A stretch of 63,692 nucleotides of DNA, counting the filler, from Reticulomyxa filosa (taxonomy: Eukaryota; Protista; Foraminifera), in assembly GCA_000512085.1 (NCBI GenBank). It is 14 parts of 14 records of this genome, joined end to end, with 100 filler letters (N's around TTAATTAATTAA, not from the genome) between each part and the next. Parts side by side here need not be neighbours in the genome. Positions count along the whole stretch, not along the records: positions 52,955 to 55,661 come from ASPP01008087.1; positions 55,762 to 60,901 come from ASPP01039914.1; positions 61,002 to 62,373 come from ASPP01018541.1; positions 62,474 to 63,692 come from ASPP01009184.1; 10 more parts are not named here. One strand, 5' to 3'. Positions 52,955 to 63,692 of the stretch are shown here, in pieces. The notes beneath the pieces are model-generated. The model made no database searches, was not told the DNA's origin, and saw only the letters and a program-made list of their open reading frames with translations. Both the position numbers and the translations under genes were made by a program. Position 1 is the stretch's first letter. The number at the start of each line of letters is the position of its first letter.

Positions 52955-53077
52955 GCTCAAGCTCAAGCCCAAGCCCAAGCTCAAGCTCAAGCTCAAGCTC
53001 AAGCTCAAGCCCAAGCTCAAGCTCAAGCCCAAGCCCAAGCTCAAGCTCAAGCTCAAGCCCAAGCTCAAGCCCAAGCC
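52955..53077 (+). repeat. Hexamer tandem repeat (GCYCAA)n, about 20 units, encoding (Ala-Gln)n
   Basis: Direct reading; in frame with the downstream Nup62-like ORF. Confidence 0.9.
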
Positions 53078-54148
53078 CGAGAACAAAGTAAGGCCAACGA
53101 AGCCGCTCTAAAAGCAGCAAAAGAAAAACAACCGAAAGAGCAAGACAAACAAAAGGAAAAACCTGATCCTAAAAAAGCAAGTTCGGATGGCGCGGCTGCT
53201 AATTTCGGAGCCTCAGAGCTGGGCATGGGCTCATGGGCTGCGGACACCGGAGCAGGGGGGTTCGAATTTGGAGGCAGTTGGAGTGGAGCGGACAGTAGTG
53301 GCGATGCTGCCGCCAGCAAAGAGAGCAAAGAAAAAGACAAAGACAAGGACAAAGCCAAAGACAAGGCAAAAGAGCAAGCAAGTGGCGGTGAAAAATTATC
53401 ACAAAAAGAACTCCCAAAAGCAAAGGAAAAAGACCCAGCAAAAGACAAGGAAAAGGAAAAGGAAAGGAAAGAAAAAAAACCAGAGAGCACTGAAACTCGA
53501 AAGATTGCGGATTGGACAATTGATACTATATTGCATACATGGAGAGATGAGTTAGAACAACATGTCAAAACTTTTATGCATCAAGCCACTCAAGTCAAAC
53601 AATGGGATCTGAAGTTGATGGAAAAGTCTTCACATGTCATTCGATTGCAAAAAGAGGTTTCCAAAGTATTTGAAGCCCAAAAGACAATGGATATGACTCT
53701 AGAAAAAATCAAAGTTATTTCTTTGTTTTTGTTTTTTTTTTTGCTGAATAATCTTGAATGAACATATCCACGCAACCTTTAAACCAAACATTAGATTCAA
53801 CAACAAGCGATGGCTACGACATTAACTCAAGTAGAAGGCAGTGTAAATCAAGCTATTCAGACACTTGGGCCAAATGTACCTCAATCAGAAGTTGAACCTC
53901 GAGTTGAGTTGTACAAGATGGCCGAATCCGTTAACGACAACTTAAATATTCTGCACGAGAGACTGCAAACTAAGATCAAACAACTAAATGAGGAAAACGC
54001 CATTGATGAAGATAATCCCTTCGGACAAATTGTCAAAATCTTAAATAATCACATGCAATCCCTGCAATGGATTGAAAACAGATCCAAAGAATTATCGGAA
54101 AATGTCGATCGACTGGAAAGTGACTTGAAAAACTTGCCGTCACAATAG
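52955..54148 (+). CDS. Nucleoporin Nup62/Nsp1 (C-terminal coiled coil), 5' truncated
   Basis: TIDTILHTWRDELEQHVKTFMHQATQVKQWD, R.ELYKMAESV, and NPFGQIVKILNNHMQSLQWIE are Nsp1_C signatures; intron at about 53714-53795. Confidence 0.88.
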
Positions 54149-54585
54149 CTAACAATGTAGTTTTGTTTGTTGTTTGGAAAGGAAGATGCGCTTGCTTTGA
54201 TCACAACTCTAAATTAAATTAAAGAGAAAAAGGTGCGTTTTCTCGTAATAAAACTTTATTTTTTATTTTGCAAACTGACTTTTATTTAACTCTCTTGTTT
54301 TTTCTGCATGTGTTTAATCACTAAATTTTATTAGTATTTTTGAACGAAACTGAGAAAATGTATTCACATATCAAATAGTGATAATGCACATTATCTTGTT
54401 CACATTGGAATTTTTTTAAAAAACACTTTGCAATCGCAAAGTTTATGAGAAAAAAGATCTGATTAATCATTTCTAAAAAAAAAGAAATTACATACAGCGT
54501 GATTAATCTCCCACCTAAGGCTGAAAAAACATTTATGATTACCAAATGTCTAAAGATTGACAAAACCAAAGTAATTTTTTAGATA

Positions 54586-55661
54586 TTAGATTTTGATATT
54601 TGTTGGCTCTGGTAATTTAATAACACTTCGTCTTGACAGTGGAGTCTTGGAATAATTTTGTGCAAATACTTTGAATTTTGGAGTGGAATAAAACCGAGTA
54701 AAGCTGGCACTCATAAGCGCCCACAATTCCTTGCGAACATCATGACATAACTCTTCATATAATGTCTTGAGTTCCGAAGACGACTTATCCGCGCTCTTTC
54801 CTTTGAATTTGTTGGTAGCCATAATTTGGGCACGTAATCCTCCTGGAATGTTTATCTACCCAGGGTACATCAAGCAAAAACTGTTACTAAAGGATGGATA
54901 TAAGAAGAGTATTATTTTGTTCTAAAGGAGAAAAAAGAAAAAGAAAAATAGGAGGAGAGAGTCTATTACTTGAAGACTTGCCGAAGGAAAGAAATATTTG
55001 TACATCAAATACTGCCAGTATTCATGAATATTATACTGTTTGACAGCCTGTGGAACTCGAACCCATTTGAAATCTTCTAATCTCGAGGAAATAAAGGAGG
55101 AACTCTTTTCTATAGTGTTATTGTTTCCTGGAGATAAGCGTAATTGAGAAAGGCCGACCATAGAATCCAATAGTTTCTTTCCAAATCTTTCTGGTTCCTC
55201 GGAAGCATTAACATTCGGTTGTTCATTTCCTTTGGATGTAACAGGTTGATCCAAGACAGCCGGATGATGATAACTCGTTTCTTCGAACAATGGGACAGGA
55301 GTCAGTTGAACTGCAGCACTTTCGTCTTTTTTGGTTTTGCTCACACTTTTTTCAGATCTTTCGACTACAGGTGCACCGAGGTCAATCTGTAATGTTACTG
55401 GCACTTTGTGATCCAATGTAATGTCCTCATTAGCTGGAGTATCACTAAGAAGTGGAGAGGTATTATTGCTTTTCAAAACAACTGAAATTTCAGGTTGAAC
55501 AAGTTCCCAGCGTTGCATAAACTGCGTTACCTCCACGTAGCACAATAAATTTTCTATTGCACCAATTTCCAAAAAAAAAAAAGGGGGCGGGGGAGGAGAG
55601 GGGTGGCATACAGTTTGCAAATAACGAAATACCTCCCTTTGAGCCTTGCAAAAGGGGATTA
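54586..55661 (-). CDS. RGS-domain protein C-terminal part (probably 7TM-RGS), with a split RGS domain
   Basis: AIENLLCYVEV, then about 170 aa of insert, then LMYKYFFPSASLQ-INIPG..ELWALMSASFTRF. Confidence 0.78.
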
Positions 55662-55761
55662 NNNNNNNNNNNNNNNNNNNNNNNNNNNNNNNNNNNNNNN
55701 NNNNNTTAATTAATTAANNNNNNNNNNNNNNNNNNNNNNNNNNNNNNNNNNNNNNNNNNNN

Positions 55762-58700
55762 CATAACAGCTCTATATTGTTTTGCTCATACATTCAACAA
55801 TACATACACGATACATAAAACAAAGAAAAGTGAAGGAAATAAAAAAAAAAGTGAAAAGGAAAGTTTAACAAGCCATATATTAAGCTTACTCTTAAAAGAT
55901 AAAGAAAGACGTGCCTATTGGATTGAACTATTGGCAAATTCAAGTATAATAAGTAATGATAAACTCTTCTCGAAATTACTTCAAGATTCACTCCAAGACT
56001 GGCTATGTGGCACGGCGAAAAAGAAGAAAGATGCTAAAAATGTATCATTTCACTCCAAAGTAATTGAGCTGATGTCTTCTGATACATTTACAAAGGCCAA
56101 ATCGTTTCATCAATATCTGATAGAAAGTGTGAATGAAAGGTATCAAGAATTATGGCTAAATAACAAGAAATGGACCCCGGAGGAAATTAAAGAAGTCAAT
56201 TGGGAATTATGGCAACAGATATTGGATCAAATTAACAATATTCCGAGAGTGGAAGTTTTAGATGAAAAGAATGTGGAGTCAACAAGTGAAAACCTTTGTT
56301 TAAGTTTGGACTATTGCTTTGAATGTCGATTGTGGTTTGAACAAGAAAGCTCAATACAAACACAATTATTCATCTTTTTGAATCAAGTGTTGGCACAGTT
56401 GGTCACAAAGGACAATCTTCTCCCTGTTCATGTTTATGAATATTTGATGCAACATTGGAAAGACATTAAGGATATTTTTTCTCATTGTTCAATGGATTCA
56501 AAGTCGTCATTACAAAATTTAGAGAAAATCGTGAACGAGTGCCGACAATTTTTCGAATTACTTCGCACGTTCAAGCGTATACACAGTAATTATTTATTTG
56601 AACATGATTTGTCAGACCGATTGAAAGAACTTAGACAACAGAATGAGAGTTTGCGAAAGCAAGGATTTTTAAAAGTGAAAGAGGATTATAAAGATGAACT
56701 CCAACTATTGGAATCGTATGAACAAAAAATGAAAATCACATTGGAACGGAGTCAAAGTTTGATGTTTAATAAAATTTGGGAAAAGTACAATACAAAATTT
56801 AAATCGACCAAAGGTCAAATACCTCTTTTTATTTTTAACAAGGTATTTGATGATGTGAACGGCACATGGGAAGATTTTAAGCAGGTGTGCAATAACTTTT
56901 TTTTTATTGAAAAGAAAGAATGGGAAATATTCATTATTCAATCTATTTTGATTGGTATATGTAAACTTATCTGAATGGATATAGGGTTTCCAAAATGGAT
57001 CACTCAAATATCGAGATTTGGGGTGGATATTCATTAAACATCCCGGAATTGAAAAATGTTTGACAAATGAAATGAAGTATCTATTTCCAGAGTATAAAGA
57101 TGAACAACGACAAGAGATTGCAAATGATGCAGCAAAAAAATTGAAAAAAGAGACTGATTTGAAAGAGCAGCTCCAGTTTTGGATCAAATTGAAGAAAGTG
57201 ACAGAACAAATGAAAGAATATTATCCTTACAAAGATAAAATAAAAGAAGATGAGAAATGGAAAGAATTTGTAAAAGTATTAACACAAATGGAAGAAGTAA
57301 CAAAAGCAAATGAAGATATTTCGATTGAGCAAACATTGCAACATTACAATGCTTGTATCGAATGTGTAGGTGAAAGTGACAAATCCTGCATGATCATTGG
57401 TCTTTTTGATGTTCTGGTTCGTTTTAAAGATAACATAAAAATATTGGCAGAAAATCAAAATTTTAATGATGAAACGCACTTTGACAACACATTGGATGTG
57501 TTGAGCAAAAGTAAACATCATGAAATTCAAGATTTGCTCACTTCCTTGAGACGTGTAAATTCCACAATGCGAGAGGCATTGTGGAAATGTCCATTGGAAG
57601 ATATGGCTAGCTTGGCCAAAGCAATATTGAAATTACATTCCAATGGTCAAGAGTTTATCGAAATGTTAAAAAAATGTTGTGATATTGACTTGGATGCTAT
57701 TTCTACTTTGGTCAACGAGGCAGACAAAATTCGAACTGAAAAAAGTTTGAAACAATTGAAAGATGCAATGGCCTTTGGGGAATGGCAATTTGCAAGTTGT
57801 GAGGATATATTGAAAGGAAAGAAAGGAAAACAACTGAATTTGAAAATTAATGATACCGTTTGGTTCTATGAGGAAATTGGAGAAAATATTGATCGTGTAT
57901 TGCTTGGAGTGGAAAAAAAAGAGTTGAAAAAGATCGAATCTGTCATCCAACAATTTGAAGAATGCAAGGATATTAGTTCATATCAAATTGAATTTTGGGA
58001 AAAAGGAGGGCGAATTGATATTGAAGATAACAAGCCATTGAAATTACCTGTGCGTTCGCAAATAGATGAGTTTGAAGATTGCAAAAAACTTTGGAAACAA
58101 AGATTAATGGAATGGAAAAAACAATGTTTCGAATTACGAGAAAGATTTCCAGCACTCAATTATTTCTGTTTCAATCAAGTGCACTTTTTAATCAAAAAAA
58201 TCAATCAATTAAATATGCCCAACTGTCCTGATCGTGCCATTAAAGCATCCAAATATATCAAACCCTTTCTTCAAAAAATTAAATATAATGTAACTGATCG
58301 TGATGTCAATGATGTATTGAAAGATTGGATAGATTTTGATTTCAAAGATCTTGATCAACACAATGTTAATGATAACAATAATAATTTTAGACAACGCAGA
58401 GATTCAATTGCAAAGTTTGGACAAATCCTTCATCGTGTATGGATTTCATCTCAACATAATTGTGTGGATGAAAAACCATTTTCCATTGGATTGCATGCAG
58501 GCAAACCCAATTTGATAATTGGTTCCAAAAATTTGTTTAAATTGCTTGGCTTATTTGAATCCCAACATTTTATCCCACGAGCAGAACATGTTTTGATTTG
58601 CAATGAAACAACAACCGAAGAAGATATTGCCTGTTTGATATTCCGGGCCATCACCAATCACAAAAGAATGCCATTAACAACAAAAATAGCAAAGACAACT

Positions 58701-60901
58701 GATTTAATAACAATAACCGAAACAAATCACAAATCAGCGAAACCATTGTATTGTTTGGTGTATCCTGAAAAGTTAACACCCATGACATTGAATCAAATTT
58801 GTCAGGATATCCATGAATTATTGTTGAGTGACATTCGATTGGAACAATTAAAAAATAATTTTTATACGTTTGTAGTTCTGTCCTCTAACCAAGAAAACTC
58901 TTTGTGCAAAACTCTTGCCCCATTCAAAGTCAAACTTCACAATCTATCATTTGAAACGCTTTCCAATCAAATGTTGTCTGGACTTTATCGTAATCAATGG
59001 GCTAATAGTTGGGTACATTATATTAGTACAGAGCCACCATGGATACAGTTGTATACATCGGAAAAAGTTGCAATGGGAAAAAGTACACTTATTCAAAGAG
59101 ATATTCAAAGAATTCGGGAAATACACAAAACCAAGACAGTCCATGAAATTTGTGTTGCATTTAACGGTAAAGATATCGATTGGATGAAAATAATGGATAG
59201 ACTTTGGAGTTATCATCCTTGTTCCAATGATGTGAAAGATGCAGATATTGACGAAGAAAACACATTGATCATTTATCATTTGAACATTTCATCTTGTGTT
59301 TCAAAACTTATCAATGATTTTCTATTTGAATTGTTGTTTTTGCAACATATCAATTCCAATTCTCAAATATCCCAGTGTTTCCACGTCAATCCCAATATGA
59401 TCTTTTTAATTGAGATTCCTTCCACTTTGAATCGTCCAGATTTCACTGTATCACCTAAAAAATGTTTTTATTTATTCTTTTCCACTGTCAAATTTCCAAC
59501 TGTTGAAGTATCTCCTCAGAATAACAAATTTGAATTTGGAAAAGAGGCACAATATGTTATCAAATGGATGCAAGAATTTTTCAATGGAAATTTTAAGTTC
59601 TTTCAATCTATTTTTGCTTTACATTTTCCCTTCAAAAAAACAAAAGATGTTTGTATGTGTATTTTCGAGACAATCTGAAAAAAGACAAAAAGATATTAAT
59701 CCTGATACCATGCCTGATCTTGAAAAGGATAGAATGAGAAGATTTATGGAAAAATATTTCAATGAAATAGCGAATTCGAGTCCTGCACATCAGCGTTCTT
59801 TTTTCAAATATTTGTATCAACAATTTTTATCCTTAGCACAATCAACATTTTTGAATCAATCCTTGAAAGCTGATAAAAAGTCAATACAATGGAAACACGA
59901 AATTACCAAATCAGTAATTAAGGTAGCCACAATATCGTGCTGCCGTCAATATGATCACATAAAACTGAATGCGGAAGAAAAAGATCAAAAAATTGAAAGT
60001 ACTGGAGAAGAGGAGTTTTATTTGTGTAAGAAATGGCATAAATCCAAAGAATGTTGTTACTTGGTCAATCAAGATAGAGGTTAATTATGTGCGATAAGTA
60101 TTTTTTTGTGTTATTTATTCATTTGTTTTTTTTCCACAGAAAGTATTTCGGTATTGATTAGCAACAAAAAAAAAGTGAGTCAAAAACAATTGGATGAATT
60201 CCAAAATTTGGGATTTCATTTAGTCGATTGGCAAAAAGATTTGAAAGAAAGAGAATTGGCTTTGCAAGTTTTGAATATTATTTGTTTTATTTCGAATGTT
60301 ATGTTTTCACACTTTTGATGACAAAAAAAAATAATTCAAGATGAAAGAACCAGATTCACAAACTGAAAAAGAAGAACGATTGAGATTATTGTTTCGCATT
60401 TTGGGGATTCCAAATCAAGGAATAATGAAGGAATGTGAAGAGAAAAAAGTGGAAACAATAGAAAATCTTCATGACCAAACTGTGAACAAATTATGCAATA
60501 ATAAAGAATGGTCGAATTATGTGTTGACATTTGACAATATTCTGAAAATGATTGCCATTTTTATGAAAATTCAAACGAGTACTCCTGTGATTTTGATGGG
60601 TGAGACTGGATGTGGAAAAACATCTTTGATCAAATTTTTGGGACATGTTGTGAATGTGCAGTTGATTGCAGTGGATGTTCATGCAGGATTTGGAAGATAT
60701 GAAATACGTCAAGTAATGGAGAATTGCAATGAACGATTATCCAAAGACAATGGAGCAGAGATATGGATATTTTTAGATGAAGTGAATACATCTCCTGATA
60801 TTGGATGGTTCAAAGAACTCATTTGTGATCATAGATTGGATGGTGTGAAAATCAGTAATCAAATCAAGATTATTGCAGCATGCAATCCTTATCGACCACG
60901 A
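55762..60901 (+). CDS. RNF213/mysterin-like giant AAA+ ATPase, internal fragment; multi-exon
   Basis: LRERFPALNYF, VLICNETTTEEDI..RA, LYCLV, YTSEKVAMGKS, IYHLNIS, FLFELLFL, YVLTFDNILKMIAI..PVILMGETGCGKTSLIKF, VHAG, FLDEVNT and IIAACNPYR appear in RNF213 order. Confidence 0.88.
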
Positions 60902-61001
60902 NNNNNNNNNNNNNNNNNNNNNNNNNNNNNNNNNNNNNNNNNNNNTTAATTAATTAANNNNNNNNNNNNNNNNNNNNNNNNNNNNNNNNNNNNNNNNNNN
61001 N

Positions 61002-61041
<40 letters not shown>

Positions 61042-61131
61042 GATTGTTTTCACGTAACAATTAATACATATGTTTGTGTGTGTGTATACGTGTGTGTGTA
61101 TACGTGTGTGTATAATCAATCTATGAATTAG

Positions 61132-61934
61132 CATTCAAAAATAACGAATGGATAAAATATTTGAGACCAAATGACCAAGATAAGAACAAAGGACTGTTAT
61201 TATCAGAAGATGACAGAGACAACGAAAGGAAAGAGGACGAAGACCACCAAGACAAGCTCAAAGAAAACGAAGAAACGACAACGTATACAAGCAGTGACAA
61301 TGAATGGATCTTTCGAAACAAAAAGACATTGGGCAATCAATGGTGGGTATTTCGTCGATTGGCAGTGTGGTGGTTGTTGGAGTCAACAGTGACGTGGTTT
61401 TTTTATTGCTTCTCCACACCCAACCTGTATTGGAATGGTCCGTGGACTCTTGCACAAGTGTACTATTGGGACTACGCCTTGGTTGTGTTTCGGATGATGG
61501 TGATGTGGGTCTTTTGGTTGAAGACGCCAGCATTTTATGATGGATTCAAGATCCGAAATGAAATCCGTTCCATGATGATTGTCCAAACCATTGGCATGCT
61601 GTTCTATTGGACCTGGTTCCTCAACCTCGAATTGCCACCCAATGTGTTTGACACGGTGAATGTCATAGTATTGTACTCGCAATACTTTGGACTGGTTATG
61701 GCCACTGTCGCCTACAGCGTCATTGTCGGAAAGCGTCTCGGCTATTTGACCATCCATAAAAAGGGATACTCTTTGTTCACAGACCATTTGCCCCTATTGC
61801 ATACGTCATCGCTAGATGATGATCATTCACGTACCAATTCCATTCCAAATGTCTCTCTTTCCATCGTTGACGTCGTCGCATCTACCTCCGTCTTGGAGTC
61901 TACTTGGTCGTCTTCTCGAGATAAAAAGAGCCAC

Positions 61935-61980
<46 letters not shown>

Positions 61981-62325
61981 TCGACCTATCTCAAGTGTTG
62001 CAACATCACAAAACTTTGAATTGGTTTGCACAATATTTGGCCTCGGAATTCTCCATTGAATGCTTGTTGGCGGTCATTGAGTTTTCACAATTTCAAATGC
62101 TTGTCGCCGAGTCCCATCCACTTCAACTCCAAGTCTCTCCCATCGTTGCTTTGCCCTTTGCTACGTTGCCTCGTTCCCATATCGTCCACGGACAACTGCA
62201 CTTTCGTCCCGAGTGGAAACGCTGTGACGATTCGAAATTGGATGACTTCAAGGCTCGTGCTTTCTGTCTGTTCCAAAGATATATTGATCCATCTTGTGCT
62301 GACTTGGAAATCAATATTGGATATG
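61132..62325 (+). CDS. 7TM-RGS protein, internal/C-terminal fragment
   Basis: TM segments, FYDGFKIRNEIR loop, poly-Asn, then RGS motifs LSQVL..FAQYLASEFSIECLLAVIEF and LFQRYI..LEINI. Confidence 0.85.
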
Positions 62326-62333
62326 GTTTGTAA

Positions 62334-62373
<40 letters not shown>

Positions 62374-62473
62374 NNNNNNNNNNNNNNNNNNNNNNNNNNN
62401 NNNNNNNNNNNNNNNNNTTAATTAATTAANNNNNNNNNNNNNNNNNNNNNNNNNNNNNNNNNNNNNNNNNNNN

Positions 62474-62971
62474 ACGGCCTTGAAGGGCATGGTGGACGCC
62501 TTCCGCGATTATGCGCGGGCGCCGCGGACCAAACTGGTGCCGCTGGAGCTGAACGAGCTGATCCGCGAGGTATTGACCCTGTACGAGGGTAACCCTGCCC
62601 TGAGAGTGGATTTGAGTCCGGAAGCCTTGCGTTTCATGGGCGATGCGGCCTTGCTGCGCCAGGTTTTGCACAATCTGCTGCAGAACGCCCAAGATGCAGT
62701 CCTTGACGCTAGCATCCCGATGATTCAAATTAGCAGCCGACTAGAAGGAAGGAACGCGCTCGTCTGTGTACAGGACAACGGCGCCGGGTTCAGTGCAGAC
62801 ATTCTGCCTCGAGCTTTCGAGCCTTACGTAACCAGTAAGGCGAAAGGAACTGGCCTGGGCCTTGCTGTGGTGAAGAAAATAGTGGAGGAACACCACGGCC
62901 AGATTCATCTGGCCAATGCAGACAGTGGCGGTGCGCGGATCCATCTCACCCTGCCATTGCTGGAGGCTTAA
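62474..62971 (+). CDS. Bacterial sensor histidine kinase (NtrY-like), HATPase_c domain, 5' partial
   Basis: MVDAFRDYAR, QVLHNLLQNA (N box), DNGAG (G1), FEPYVTSK (F), GTGLGL (G2). Confidence 0.92.
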   Translation, partial: TALKGMVDAFRDYARAPRTKLVPLELNELIREVLTLYEGNPALRVDLSPEALRFMGDAALLRQVLHNLLQNAQDAVLDASIPMIQISSRLEGRNALVCVQDNGAGFSADILPRAFEPYVTSKAKGTGLGLAVVKKIVEEHHGQIHLANADSGGARIHLTLPLLEA

Positions 62972-63692
62972 TGCGAAGCAGCGATATTCTGATTGTTGAT
63001 GACGAGATCGGTATCCGGGAGTTGCTCTCGGAAATCTTGCAGGACGAGGGTTTTACCGTCGCACTGGCCGAGAATGCCGAAGTTGCCCGCCAATTGCGGA
63101 ACCAGACCCGACCGGCCCTTGTGCTGCTCGATATCTGGATGCCCGATTGCGATGGCGTAACCTTGCTGAAGGAGTGGGCCAAATCCGGCCAGCTCAATAT
63201 GCCGGTAGTAATGATGTCTGGCCATGCCAGCATCGATACCGCCGTTGAAGCCACCCGTATCGGGGCGTTCGATTTCCTCGAAAAACCGATTGCACTGCAA
63301 AAACTGCTGACCACCGTCCAGCGTGCCCTCAAGTACGGGGACATGCAGGCCAATACCTCGCTGAACCTGGACAAGCTGGGCAAGAGCCTGCCGGTGCAGG
63401 AGCTGAAGCGACAGCTGGAACGCGTGTCCAAGGTGAAGTCGCCGGTGCTGCTAACCGGTGAACCGGGCGTCGGCTTCGAGCTGGTCGCCCGCTTTTTTCA
63501 TCACGGCAATACGCCGTGGGTAACGCCAGCCAAGCTGGAGCAACTGGCCGACGCACCGTTGGAGCTGCTGCAGAAGGCCAATAACGGCGTGCTGTTCCTG
63601 CCCGAGATCGGCCAGTACAACCGTCGTACGCAGCAGGGTTTGCTGTTCCTGCTGTCCAAGCTGGACCGCTTCAACGTGCGTTTGGTGTGTTC
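62971..63692 (+). CDS. Bacterial NtrX-like response regulator (REC + degenerate AAA+), 3' partial; missed by the ORF track
   Basis: The ATG overlaps the kinase stop (TAATG). MRSSDILIVDDEIGIRELL..LLDIWMPD..MMSGH..DFLEKP, then PVLLTGEPGVGFELVAR and GVLFLPEIG. Confidence 0.9.
   Translation, partial: MRSSDILIVDDEIGIRELLSEILQDEGFTVALAENAEVARQLRNQTRPALVLLDIWMPDCDGVTLLKEWAKSGQLNMPVVMMSGHASIDTAVEATRIGAFDFLEKPIALQKLLTTVQRALKYGDMQANTSLNLDKLGKSLPVQELKRQLERVSKVKSPVLLTGEPGVGFELVARFFHHGNTPWVTPAKLEQLADAPLELLQKANNGVLFLPEIGQYNRRTQQGLLFLLSKLDRFNVRLVC

Noticed and set aside
52899-53120. (Leu-Glu/Leu-Gly)n ORF on the minus strand
   Set aside because: It is the antisense reading of the (GCYCAA)n repeat; the plus frame continues into Nup62.
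51384-55661. Bacterial efflux genes next to eukaryotic Nup62 as horizontal gene transfer
   Set aside because: They are on separate contigs divided by an artificial spacer, with no physical linkage.
14106-62473. Recurrent TTAATTAATTAA palindrome flanked by N runs, as a possible repeat array, CRISPR or recombination site
   Set aside because: It has an exact 44N-12-44N layout at 13 positions with six-frame stops, so it is an assembly concatenation linker. ORFs ending in 'XXXLIN' are artefacts.
62946-63556. Minus-strand ORFs in the last contig
   Set aside because: They are shadows of the plus-strand NtrX-like gene, which the ORF track missed because it has no stop codon in the window.

Overview
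This window is not a contiguous locus. It is 14 short contigs joined by 13 identical artificial 100-bp spacers (44 N + TTAATTAATTAA + 44 N), so adjacency only means something within a contig. Contigs: 1-14105, 14206-19050, 19151-22593, 22694-34436, 34537-37767, 37868-39536, 39637-42552, 42653-49186, 49287-51383, 51484-52854, 52955-55661, 55762-60901, 61002-62373, 62474-63692. Twelve contigs come from an AT-rich eukaryote with short GT-AG introns full of homopolymers and (TA)/(CA) microsatellites. The gene families (Kelch expansions, 7TM-RGS, NACHT-WD40, caspase-TPR, RNF213-like) resemble a rhizarian/foraminiferan such as Reticulomyxa; this is an inference. Two GC-rich contigs are bacterial, probably betaproteobacterial: TetR + RND membrane-fusion protein, and an NtrY/NtrX-like pair. 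The best candidate for a new system is a roughly 1850-aa NLR/STAND protein (26966-32660). It has a UBA/CUE-like helical segment, a Cys-rich Zn module, a RelA/SpoT-like (alarmone synthetase-type) nucleotidyltransferase domain, NACHT, pentapeptide repeats and 16 WD40 repeats. It sits head-to-head with a PB1-like + pseudo-caspase + TPR gene. Other notable items are a RING/TRAF-zinc-finger protein fused to an isoaspartate methyltransferase (PCMT), an RNF213/mysterin-like giant AAA+ protein, and an internally deleted Tc1 transposon with about 135-bp TIRs. All domain calls come from motif recognition by eye; no database searches were run.
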